Source: Takakia lepidozioides
Taxonomy: Eukaryota; Plantae; Bryophyta
DNA length: 64,000 bases
Assembly (NCBI GenBank): GCA_030704615.1
Contig: CM060731.1
Span: forward strand, 82,212,001 to 82,276,000
Reading direction: 5' to 3'
Part shown: positions 1 through 11,836 of the stretch, piece by piece
How positions within the stretch are numbered: the stretch's first letter is position 1
Layout of the letters: each line of letters starts with the position of its first letter
The notes under the pieces: model-generated
Seen by the model: only the letters and a program-made list of their open reading frames with translations
Told to the model about the DNA's origin: nothing
The model's database searches: none
Translations under genes and position numbers: made by a program

Positions 1-11
1 AGAGGACTTCA

Positions 12-186
12 TAATAATATAGACGCTTCCCAAAGGGAGAGTAAATTATGGTGTCTCTTCAGCACAAGGGCTACTGCCTTCCAGCTGAAGGTGGACACCT
101 TCATGACACACCAGACCGTGGTTTGAACCCACAACCACATCCAACGTGGTATGTGCCCATTACCATTGGGCTACATGCTGGTTGTC
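12..186 (-). mobile_element. tRNA-derived SINE, copy 1
   Basis: On the minus strand: A-box-like TAGCCCAATGG and B-box GGTTCAAACC. The body is homologous to 1653-1832 (+) and 58071-58241 (-). Confidence 0.7.
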
Positions 187-1234
187 GACAGGACTTCTAT
201 TGAAGCTAGCATAGCTATCAAGCCACTTCACCTTGCAACTATTGTTCCCTTTTAAGGGTGGACTCTATAAAGTTGGCGCCTGCACATATATCTTCTTTTT
301 GTCGCTCTACAACATTGGTTCCTATTATGTTTAATAATGTTGTACCAATATTGAAATTTTGAAATAGTAAACTACTATTGGTATTGAAGTATGGACTAAT
401 TGAAGACAAAATCAACACACCACAATCATGGCATTGTAATTTCAAATTTGTATGCACAACTATGGCAACATCACCCTAAAAATTATAGCCACTATGAAGG
501 GGCCCGCACAGATGATGTGTAACTACCAAAGACCTTGTCACAAAGATTGGGGGAGCATTGGTATCTACAAGGTAGGAAAAAATGAATACCAAATTGATCT
601 AGTAGAAGCTAGGTAACTACTATAAGCCTAGGTTTATCGGGGATAACCTATTAATAACCGGATATTCTTCTTGGTTGATATCAAGTGACATGGGTAGGTC
701 CTTGATACCAGCGCATATACATGTGCACAGACCATGCAGTATCTTATATACCAGTACAACACTGGTTCATACCTCCCTATTGGTCACTCTACATCATGTT
801 TAAATTTCCTTGACCTTCAAAATTTCTCCCAACAAACGCTCGAATATTTTATTCAGCATAGTTCGATTCATAACAATGTACGCTTATATTTTAAAATCAA
901 TATATGAATTTATGCGATTTGTTTGTTTGTTTGTTTTGTCACGTTGAGATGTCCCAAACCGCGAGGCCCCAGCACTGGTGCTTGGTACCGTTGGAAATCC
1001 CTCATCGAGGAAGGGTATTGCACCGGCTTGGTCTCATGATTTTTGGCCCTGCGGTGTGGGAGATACGGAATTCCAAGTACTTTTGGTCGCTGGAAATTCA
1101 CACAAAATAGCAAAAATGGCAAAGTGAGCATTCCTGGGACAATGGTTGGAGCCTTGACGGGAGAGATATCAAAGGAAAGGTCTCCGATTCAAATTTGGTC
1201 GTAGGCTCTCTGAAAAAAAAAAATGATTAGATAT

Positions 1235-1645
1235 GGGATTGCACTTGGACTTAGATGACACTGGACACTTGGGCCTGTACATGGGAGATGCACTTGGATA
1301 CATGAATAGAAGATTGCACTTGGGCTTAGATTTCAATTCTTCACACATGGGCCAACGGCGTAGGCTACACTAGAGGTCGCACTTGGGCCTCGACATAGGA
1401 GACCCACTTGGATGCATAAGAAATTGCACTTGGGCTTAGATTTCAATTCTTCAGACATGGGCCTTGACATAGGAGACCCTTACTTGAATACATAGGGGAT
1501 TGCACTTGGACTTAGATTTCAATTCTTGACACATGGGCGAATGGCGCAGGCTACTCTAGGCCTAGATCTCCCAAACAAGGGGGTCTCTTGATACATAGGG
1601 GATCGGATGATACTGGACACTTGGGCCAACGGCACGGACTACCCT
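1235..1645. repeat. Degenerate tandem/minisatellite repeat
   Basis: The unit TTGCACTTGGGCTTAGATTTCAATTCTT(C/G)ACACATGGGC recurs at ~1314, ~1424 and ~1500, with partial copies on both sides. Confidence 0.75.
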
Positions 1646-1652
1646 AGTATTT

Positions 1653-1832
1653 CAAGTTGAAGTCCAATGGTGGTAATGGGCATATCCCACCTTGGAAGAC
1701 TTGGTCGTGGGTTCAATCCATCAAGATGCAGGTGTCACAAAGGTGTCTACCTTTCCACCGGAAGGCAATAGCGTCCCTTCGGGATCAAGAGATGCCATAA
1801 TTTACGCTTCCTTGGGGAGGTGTCATGATATT
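1653..1832 (+). mobile_element. tRNA-derived SINE, copy 2
   Basis: GGTAATGGGCA head and B-box GGTTCAATCC. The tail CCATAATTTACGCTTCCTTGGGGAGGTGTC is the reverse complement of the tails of copies 1 and 3. Confidence 0.7.
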
Positions 1833-2586
1833 CGCAATGCAAAGCATTTGTCATGGATTGATTTGTAAGGTATATGATGCAATCATATATCAAAAAACAA
1901 GAAGCAAAACTTTGAAAAATAAATAGTACATTCATACCATTTTTTTTTTCTTAAACACATTAATAATATAAAGCAAACTCGTGATGGAACATAATCAATG
2001 TAAATACATCCTTATATTGTGTATATGTATTTCTACTTACAATAGAAAATATGGAGAAAATCTCTTTTATATTTTATCTCATTTGTATTTCCATGGAAAC
2101 ACCAACCCCAACAACAGGGCCCTTGAAGGGGAAATTAAACCTCTTTTCGGGGCCATGAAGGCAAAGCTCTTATGTTGCTTTGACAAAATAGAGGTAAAAC
2201 ATTGTGAAGGTATACAACAAGATAAATATACAGCTACATAGTGGGTCTCTAGCGGGTGGCTCATCGTTAGGTCATCACCTCTGCTGCTGGAAAACCTTAC
2301 ATGCGAAGCAGATGGCTCTTCGCCATTACAGGAGCTATTTATGATCATCGACATGTAAGCGGGTGACAATATTCTTGTGTCACTCCTTAGTACATTTGTA
2401 GTTGTACATCCAATCGATTTGCTCTTATTTATACTAACTTCGCTTGGCGTCGTCTCTCTCTCTCTTTCTATAACACTATAGATTAGATTATTGAATGTTT
2501 TCTCCATATTCGATCTCATATACATTTTGTATTTTGATACAACCCATTCAAGTCTCATCCAATCGAGCACCCACTTCAAGTTCTTC

Positions 2587-3783
2587 TCATGTGAATTGAA
2601 GTCCCTCATACGTTTGTCCAAATTGCCATTGTGATTGTACAGCATTATGAGAAATTACATTTCTACCATCGCTTGTAGTAACTGAGAATGATAAGCCTTG
2701 TCCAACAAGCATTGTGTCGCATTGCCATACTTGTCCCCAATTGCGAATCATGGATATCCAACCTGTTTTATCTCCCTTGATAGACACAGCATGCACATCT
2801 CCAGCACCCCCTACGTTATAGATGAGCACCATATTAAAGTAAGGGTTGCCATTTAGAATGAACCGAATCCCCCCCGTTTTTGCACATGAGACCCTGCAAT
2901 GACAAACATTAGTACTTATGAAATTCTTATTTGAGAGTGGTTATAATTCTGCAATTTGTTACTGAAACTCCGTTTACAATATAGTATTACTATAGATTCA
3001 CTCGACACAAGCTCATGATATAGAATTTCTACAATTTTTCTTTGCATAATATATGACAGTTTTCATGTTGGAATTGTTACCTTCTATACTCAACAGGGAT
3101 AATGCCGGCAACACGTTGAGCAAGTTTTTCAAATATGGGTTGGGACAAATCAAAGTGCTCTAGAGGTGGGTTACACCAACCCCCATTGTCATTTGGCAAG
3201 TCATAATTGGGTGGGCAGAAGTTGGTGGCTGTGATAGTGATCAAAGGATTTCCAGATAAACACCATTGTTGGTCATTGACACATCTCATTTGAAAACATG
3301 CACCACACGTTGATCCACTGTTGAAGAGTGCAGTGCTCAAGGCTGCTGTGTTAATACCATAGCCTTGGATATAGAGGTTTCCATAACCACATGCGCCACC
3401 TGGTCCATGCACCATCAATCCACAAAAATATTTCGAATGTCAATAATTGAACATAAAAATTTCTAGAATTTGACCTCACAGATCTCAGTGTCCTCAGTCT
3501 CAAACTCAATATTGGGAGATATGCCAATCAATATATGTTTATATGAAATGGCTAGATTACATTATACAAAATGATCTAACAAAAGATAGCTACACAAAAG
3601 TTATTAACATATGGTGAGAAAGATCTAGACTTATCTAGACTTACCCATAGTGCCTGATGCATCACTTCCCCCATAGAAGGTGGCATGTGCAGTAGTCCAT
3701 ATGTCATTCCCAAATGCTTGCTCAACAAAATTTATTGCCATAATTGTTGCTACCAATATCAAACTTGCAAGTTTCAAACCCAT
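2587..3783 (-). CDS. EXPA: Alpha-expansin; exons 3783-3645, 3399-3081, 2893-2587
   Basis: Signal peptide followed by [41 protein letters not shown], the HFD motif and C-terminal RNWGQ.W / WQFGQTY. GT-AG introns sit at the canonical EXPA positions. Confidence 0.96.
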
Positions 3784-5150
3784 CTTTGCGCAATGTATAT
3801 GCACAAATCAAAACTCTGAAAAAAAAAAACAACACCATTTTACTCAAACCCCTGTGTATTTTTTGGATCTATCAAACCTTGCATGCTTATTGATATAAGC
3901 TAAACCACCATTCCAAAAACAATCCACATTAGTCTTATCCATGTAAATTCTAGCTATCTTCAAGATATATAGTGTGAGCCAACTGCACAAATATATGCAT
4001 ATACATGAAGTGTTTTCCGATTATAGGTATGGTGTGTGTAACATTTCTTACATAAATAATCGAGTTACTCAAAATCGACCTTCACTCTTCTGCAACAACT
4101 AACCAATTTTTTTAGAGAGACCAGCTTGACCGCTCAGTTGTTGTTGTCTCAAATATCCCAATGTCAAAGAGAACATGTTTGAAAAATAGAAGAAGAGATG
4201 ATTCTACAACATAACTACTGTATACATATGATTCTTGATCACGAGCTTCGTCTAATCTATGAAGGTTTGACACTACTAGATTTGAAGTTGAAAGCTCTCC
4301 CTCTTGACACATAAATTGCAAACACCACTGCAAACCTGGATGATCTGTAAAGTTAATCCTCAAGCACTTCAATGGCTGATCATTTTTGTACTCTTCTTTT
4401 TTCGTATCAAGATTCTATGGTCAATACATTGTCTTCTCCGCTCGCCTGCAACCTATAGATTCAATACTTGAAAATTTTACTCCTACAAATCTGTTAGATA
4501 TCATTCTCTTTGCTATTTGGATGCATATTATATACTTACTAATTTGTTAGCTATGTATAGAATTTGAGGCGATGAAACCCAAATCTATTGGAGGTGTAAG
4601 AGATTACTTATAAACTTCAAATTAAAGTATGGCATCAATTGGCCGAAACTAACCTTGCTGGTCACTTGAACAAACCAAAAGCTTATGGAATATTAAAACT
4701 TATAATGCTAAATGCTACCATCCCTATAACAGTACAAAAAAAATCCTAGCACAAAGAGGTGATGATTTAAGTGCATAAGGAAACCTAGACTGAACTAGAT
4801 AATAATTGTCAAGACATACATTCTAGGAAAATAGAAATTTATGAGATAAATAAATTGGGCTGACAGGTTGAATATTCGATCAATTACACAATTGGGTTTT
4901 ATGAAAAAAAAATTGCCATTAGAGAGTTCTATAATAGATAAAAATTTGCTTATCATGTTGTCTTTTGTTGTCTTAGTGAGTCGAGTTTACACTTTCTGGG
5001 TTTATTCTAACAAATTAAAAAGGTCGGGCCCAAAATAACCCTACTAGCTGACAGATTAACTTGGAATGTCACAATAAAATGGAATGTGGAAGAAGAACAA
5101 TACAAAAGAACTCCATATTTTCTTTTTGAAGTATCAAACAAATAAAAAAT

Positions 5151-5290
5151 CAGTTGGTAGGTCAGTTGGATAGAGCACTACGTGCCACCAAAGTGATTCT
5201 CAATTCTCACATGGTGTGGTATAATCTTCTCCCCTTTCCTAGCTTGGGTGGTATTCCATGAGCTCGATACTTCATGGCGAGGTTACTTTT
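5151..5290 (+). mobile_element. Possible degenerate tRNA-derived SINE head (second family)
   Basis: GTAGGTCAGTTGGATAGAGCAC resembles a tRNA D-arm/A box. The B box is degenerate and no full cloverleaf forms. Confidence 0.3.
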
Positions 5291-7034
5291 GAAAGACTCC
5301 TCTCACTATAAATAAAAGGCATGATTTGTGTCCTTTTGCCAGATAATAAAATAAAAATGAGCAAATTAAAAAATTAAAACATAGACCCTAAATATAAAGC
5401 AAATAGCAAGTTGCACCCAAACTTATGTCAACAATTTATATTTCATCAATTTAGAGAGTTTGAAGTTGTGGTTTTTTGCTCATTTTCTCTCATTAAGAAA
5501 TGTAATTTGTTTCTTTATGAATCAGCCAAGATAATAATGTGACCTAAAGATAACCATATCTAGACATGTATATTGGAGAATATTCTACAAATACAAGGAA
5601 AATATCCAAAGGACTTGTGATGTTAAAGAATATTAAAGTAAAAGTACCAAATGACTGAATTAGCTACATATTCCCTAAATCTAACTCTCTCATCAGACTA
5701 TATTTTCTCTTCTCAAATATATCATCTCGGGACATCCGTCCCCAAAATAAGGGCAACTGTCCAATTTTTTCCTGGTAAAAAATGGATGGTCCATTTCCTT
5801 AGCCGCAATTGACTAATGTCACCCATAATCCTTTATTTACCTTATGCCGGCAGGGAATCTGAGTCCCAAATGGAGTTTGACGATGTGTGCCGGCCCAAAA
5901 AATCCTGAAGCCTACGCAAGTATACATGTGCCGACTTCTTTTATGGGCAAGAGTCACAATGTATCCCACAACAATTACGATGGATCTTGGCCGAGAGATA
6001 CTCAACTTGGCCATCCATCTTACACCGACATCTCACCACAAAAGCAAAAGAACATAGTGTTATGTTTGTTGTGTATCTTGTTCGGGTACAATGTCTTTAT
6101 CCTCAAAAAACAAATTGCTGGTCTAATCATCAAAATTGAGCCCAATTTTGCACCGTGAAATTTGGTAGACTATACTATTTTAGTGGGGATTTGTTTTTGG
6201 TTTTTTGTTTCTGAAAACATTGTGAAAAAGGGCAATTTTTCAAGATCGGAGGGGCGCGATGTAGCTCCGCGTTTTGCGGTGAGAGAGAGAGTGAAGGTGA
6301 GAGAATCCTTCCCCAACATCGTCTCTTCGGTGCGAAGTCTGCATCCTTGATCCCTCAAGCTCTCAATACCTTGCCCCCGAGACGCCTGCCTTTCTCAGAT
6401 AAGTAAAAATATCAAAACTCCACAAAACGAATGCTCTTCGTCTCAGCCTGGTTCGGAACCCAGACCCAAGCGGCGTCCTTTCATTCAAGCCATTTCCAGG
6501 CTTGTCACAACCTGCTCACTTCTAATCATTGCGCACCTCACGAAGTACTACTTACATCCGTGCCATATCCTGTAAAGACTTTGATGTACTATGATGAAAC
6601 AAAGTTCGTTTGACAGCCTGATGAACTTCCTCCCTTCATCCCACCCCGACTAGCTCTGATGATTTCATCAAGACTTGCATATTATCACCTTCATAACTCC
6701 AGCTGCCAAGCAGCTGTACACACAGGATTCCTCTCCCCCACAGGCCCAAGCGTCCTCTCATTCATCTCTCACTAATAGGCAGCCGACAACCTCTGCAAGC
6801 TCCAACAGCTCCTCCCCCATTCACGCGCTCTTGATACCCCTCTTCAGCGCCGTTCCTTCTCTACCATCGTCTCCTCTACCTCGCCTCTCCCTCTCGCTCC
6901 CTGTCATTCAGTGCCCCACAGACTCTCCCCGCTAGCTTCAATCACCCTCATCTCTCTTATGTCCCCAAAGCCTACTTCCTGGTGGTAGCTCTGCCTATTG
7001 CAGATCTGCCTCTTGTTGTGATCTAGTCAACTTC

Positions 7035-7720
7035 GTGTTGTTGCCATCCTTCTCCATGGATCCTTACCCAAGCAGTAGCCGTAAGGGAGCGGCTAAAGGT
7101 CGTCGACAACACAACTACATTCGCCTTCCAGTCTCTCGCAAATCGCAGCCCTCTTCGGGAATGGGCTTCTTCATGGCGCACCAGGCACAAACCAAATTTG
7201 CATCGACAGTGGAGCGACCTCCCCAGCTCCACCTCCTCGGACCTTCCTCGTTGCACATCCCAGTCCCTATTACAGGCCCTCTACAACAGCGCAATGGCGC
7301 CTCTGGCAACTCTCACAGTGCCGAAGGCAGCTTCAATGGAATCATGGAAGGTGCTGCAGACACCATGCCGGAACGATCGGAGGCCCCCTCGGCTCTGCAA
7401 CTTGCAATGTCCGAGAATGATCCACTGGTCGATGTAGACCTTGAATTCGTTGATGACATGGTCACCAAAATACAGGGAATATAGGTGCTACTGCACTTCC
7501 CGGGAAAAAAAGTGGATAAAGATATAGCAAGAGAATGGGCAATTAAGCACTTGGGGGGATCAGGGGACATAAAGCAGCAGTTCTACCACTCCAGGGGCAA
7601 AGGCTTCTATTCCATCCTGCTGGGTTCAAAAGAAGCGGCGGATAAAGCCCTCTCATTTAATCCACACCTCCAGGGATTCAACGTTAATATTTTCCCCTGG
7701 TCTGCGGCACTGGGCAACCG
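7035..7720 (+). pseudogene. L1-type LINE ORF1 (DUF4283-like) remnant
   Basis: ORFs 7035-7484 and 7485-7829 are one frame broken by a TAG. Segment GKGFYSILLGSKEAADKALSFNPH..VNIFPWS is typical of plant L1 ORF1. No ORF2 follows. Confidence 0.65.
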
Positions 7721-7948
7721 TAACAGGAGAGTATGGGCCCCCAGGATTATAGCTCTTCCATATAGCTCATCTATCACTATCCCTATTAGACTCAAACTCG
7801 ATAGATCAAGAGGCCGGGTACAAGAGTAGCTCCATCATTAGTCGCCGTCTTGCAACCTGTGAACTTGAATTTTAGATCTCGTGTATTGATCTCCTAGTAG
7901 CTTGGCCTTGTGGTTCTTGTTAACCTTCTATGGTTGTATCCACTCCCA

Positions 7949-8140
7949 CTATCCAATGCAACGCGGACATAACCAATCTCCATCATGAACCATCTCAAGA
8001 GGTGGTGTCAAGCATCCCATGTGCCAACCTCTTGAGCAACGATCACACACCAGCATGGTGGCTGCCCCTCTGGCAGACCCACACAACATGCACCTCAAAC
8101 CTGCAGGTACCACTGCCAAGTTTGGGTCAATCCTTGAATA
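7949..8140 (-). mobile_element. PHD finger fragment, probably the integrase C-terminus of a Ty3/gypsy retrotransposon
   Basis: IDPNLAVVPAGLRCMLCG..MLVCDRCSRGWHMGCLTPPL..GDWLCPRC is a C4HC3 PHD. It is isolated, has no introns and lies among TE debris. Confidence 0.7.
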
Positions 8141-9084
8141 AGTTTGAACTTTTTGCAAAAGGGGCTGCAAAATTGAGGCCCACACGGAGGCAAATCGCTG
8201 ATTTTGGGCTGATTTACCTGAACATTTACATGTGTCTGACAGAGGTAGGTACGTAGCAATTGTCTCGTCAAAATTTTCAGATTTTTGTTTTTAGGTAATT
8301 ACGGACGTTTTTCATCCAAGGGGTCATGATTTTTGAAAAGTCAACGAAGCGCGGTGGGCCCCAAACTACTAGGGTAACACAATGTGTACTATCCAACTGA
8401 GCTTCGGGATGTTGGTTATTTGCTTGGTTTTAGCAAAAAAAATGTGCCTTTGTAAATCAAAAAAAATTATCTTAAAAACAAAAGAAAATATTTAAAAAAG
8501 AAAAGAAACCTGGTAACGACAGCTCACATTCTTTACAAGAGAGGTGGGTTACTCTAATTACAATCATGGTTATGGACTACATAGCCGGGAAGAAGGACAG
8601 GGCCGAAAGTTACTGCCGTAGCCGGTCTCAATTCAAATCGGCAACGTGACCATGACCGGCTGATGTTGCATCGAGAGATGCAGACGACTAGCTATAGCAG
8701 GTCAGTGTAGGTACCCACCCATTTCTACCTTCCCTATTGCCGCCTCGCCCCGCTGCTGATGTGAGTGATTTGAGTTTTGGTGCAGCGCACTTTTGCCTGC
8801 GTTGTCATGTGAGTGAATTCACAGTAATTAGGAAGGATTGCAACGAGATCGTGGTAGGAGTGGAAGTGGTCGCGACATTGATACCCATGGAAGTAAGCGG
8901 GCATCTGTTGAAGATAATTTCGCGTTGAATTTGTCGTAGAACTTGGCTCAGCTGGTAGTTGTAGGAGCTCTGAATGGTTCATCATCTCAACGATATGTTA
9001 GGAAAAACGAGCGAATAGTCGATATTTGTGTATAGGTGATATATCACAACCTGTGTTTTATAGTCGGCAAGCAGAGAAGAGACA

Positions 9085-9636
9085 TTGATTGATACCTCCA
9101 ATTCTCGAGGGAGGGATCATCAGATTGTATTTGTTGATCGCTCACCAGTTATTGCCGTTCCAAGTAATCTTGAGAGAGTTGCTTCTGCTGATGTTCCTAC
9201 AATTTCTTCAATTGCTACAGTTGATGATTTTATTGCAATTGTACATGTGTGCTGTTTTTGTTGTAAGGACCGTACTGAGGACCCGAAATTTGATAATGAC
9301 CATGTCGACAATGATTCATCTGATGAGGAGCAGCTTCCCCCTATCGATCTTAATGACATACCTGATTTTGTTGTTGTTTCTAGGGCCTTGTTGGATGTTG
9401 TAGCAAATTTTCTACAGAATACTGCTCCTCCATGTGATAATGAGCCTGAAATTCCTCTTGGACCTATTCCTCACATAGATTGGTCGCCTATCGAGGAGGT
9501 AGAGTACCAGAATATTATTAATGACGTGACACGTCAAAGTGCTAAGAATGAAAAATGGGCCATTAACAAGTTCAATGAGTGGAGGGTTTTCTCTGGTCTT
9601 GATGTGTCAAAGAAGTTTGAAGAGCTTGAGCTTGAA
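9085..9636 (+). mobile_element. Possible Crypton/DUF3504-like tyrosine-recombinase N-terminal remnant, cut by an insertion at 9637
   Basis: QSAKNEKWAINKFNEWR..FEEL resembles the 'T..A...F.EW' helix preceding Crypton-type recombinase domains. The catalytic domain is absent. Confidence 0.4.
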
Positions 9637-10450
9637 GAGTGTGTTGGGGAATGCCTCCGCGTGAGCTTGGCCGCGTGAGCGTGTGAGCGCAGCCAAGCTC
9701 ACGCCACGTCATCTTTATTTCAAACGCAGTGCACCTATTTCCGTGGACTATACATATTTCCACTGAATGAAACTCGATTGCCACCCCTTCGTTTGCCCAC
9801 CTTTATTATCCAGAAAGGTTCCTTTACCATCCACATTTAGGATGGATGTGAAATTTGGAGAGAAATATAAGTGGGCATCGTGCAAGGCTGCAGACATTCG
9901 GGGCATGCTTCCGCGTGAGCCTAGGCGGGCTCACGCCACGTCATCAGTTATTGCCACGTTGGCTGACGGGTCTGACGCCACGTCAGCCGACCTCGCCAGC
10001 GTGCCCGACGCCACGTCACGTCATGCCACGCCATTTTCATAGGCATGGCCCTATAACCGCGGACCGAACAGGCAAATGGGGGCCTATAGCCGGACTGCGC
10101 ATTTGGCAGATAGGGAACCATGTGTGGGCGACGAGGCGAGGTGCAGAAGAGAGTTTAGGGTTTGTTGGTGAATTGTAGAGACTGAAATGGTTGTGGATGT
10201 ATTAATGTCCAGGTCATCAGTCTACAATGGTCCTCAGATGATTTAATGCCATGCTAATGTGGTATTTGCTGTCATCAGTGTAGAATGGTTGTGGATGAGT
10301 TTATGAGGATGAAGCAGAGCCAATGTGGATGGGACACTGCTAATATGGATGAATGGGGATGAATAGTTGTGGACAAATGTGGATGAAATACCGTGAATGG
10401 ATGATAGAGTGGATGAATGTTGAGCGAGGATGTCATTCTAACATTTATGA
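9637..10450. mobile_element. Left terminus and subterminal region of Mutator-like element copy 1
   Basis: Starts GAGTGTGTTGGGGAATGCCTCCGCGTGAGC, similar to the reverse complement of the end at 29236. Repeated CCGCGTGAGC and GCCACGTCA motifs, GGGGCCTATAGCCG shared with ~28996-29010, and a GGATGA-rich tract (10290-10435) shared with 37080-37160. Confidence 0.6.
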
Positions 10451-10954
10451 AAACCAAGCAAAACGATCAATGTCGTTTGCACAAACATTAGAAATTGTGC
10501 CTAAAATCCGTCCTGAAGCACTTGATAAGATTTAATGAATGTCTGGCATTTGGGGAAATGTAGATAGATGACAACAACGTAGAATAAGACAACACAACAG
10601 ATGTGAGAGGATCTTTCATGCTGCGACTTTGTCCGAGTGTTTACTGCAACATTCTGGTGTGCAACACGCTCTTCTTTAGCTGTCCTCTTCAGTGTCGACA
10701 CATTGCGAGCCATTTCAGCACTATACTTCCTGCAACGCACCACCTGACCACGCTAAACATGGTTTGGACTCCAATGCTTATTGCGGCCCCTGCCAATGAG
10801 GTAGAAATGTGCACCTGTATGTTACGAGAGTATTGCAACTTTCATGGTTTTTCATCAAGACCGTTATACAACAACATTCAAAATGATTTGGCTCTCGTTT
10901 GTGCATGAGGAGGAATTTCGGGTCTTACAACATTGTGTAACAGAAATTGACAAA

Positions 10955-11292
10955 ACGTTTGCCTTGTCTTCTTGTTTGACCCATAACCAATGTTAGGCAT
11001 GAGGATCCCGCCTTTGAACTTGCGCTGAAACCGAGAGTCCATACACCATCCACTAGGTGCACTGTCTTTTTGTTTGAACCATAACCAATGTTACGCATCA
11101 GGATGCTGCCTTTGAACTTGCGTTGAACCCGAGAGTCCACAAATCATCCCCTAGGTGCCTTCTATTCTTGTTTGACCCATAACCAATCTTAGGCATGAGG
11201 AGGTTGCCTTTGAACTTGCGTTGGACCTGAGAGTCAATACATACATCATCCCCTAGGTGCCTTGTCTTCTTGTTTGACCCATAACCAACCAT
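10955..11292 (-). repeat. Tandem array (~3.3 x ~100 bp) of captured ribosomal protein L32 coding fragment
   Basis: Units translate to [28 protein letters not shown], matching eL32 [26 protein letters not shown]. Frameshifts lie between units. Confidence 0.85.
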
Positions 11293-11836
11293 TTGCTGTA
11301 CATTACAATCAAAGCCTACAAGCCAGGATATAACTATCCACTGTATGAAGTGCATAGAAGCCACTGTTGTAAATGCATACACGACACGAAAATGAGAAAC
11401 CATCTTTTAACAACATTACAACGAACAGGCACAATTTTTATTACAAAGTTATGGAGGGACACAAAATGTCTAAAACTGTGAACATCTGGAGACCCCCCAA
11501 AATGATGAAATTTGCATTTCAGTCACTAGAACTATCCCCTGAAATTTGTGCAGTATCATCGACGTAAACCCAAGCTCCGAGGTGCCTGTTGTGCTTTCGA
11601 GCACATGGGGGAGATAACATGAAACTCTGTTGACGAGCAATGGCCTCCGCGTAGTCGGGTAGGATGTATGAACGTGGAGGGCTGCACCAGAAGTCACTGT
11701 GAATAAAAGAGACGTCGACCAAAGGAATAGCTTCCAATATCCTGCCACCAAAAGAACCACAATTGCATTAGCCACCATTAATGGGAAAGGGGAGGCCATA
11801 TTCGCGGGAGAAATCGGATGCTTATAGAAAAACAAC

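Noticed and set aside
2079-2645. 188-aa ORF overlapping the expansin 3' end
   Set aside because: No recognisable domain; it spans the 3' UTR and a probable repeat fragment.
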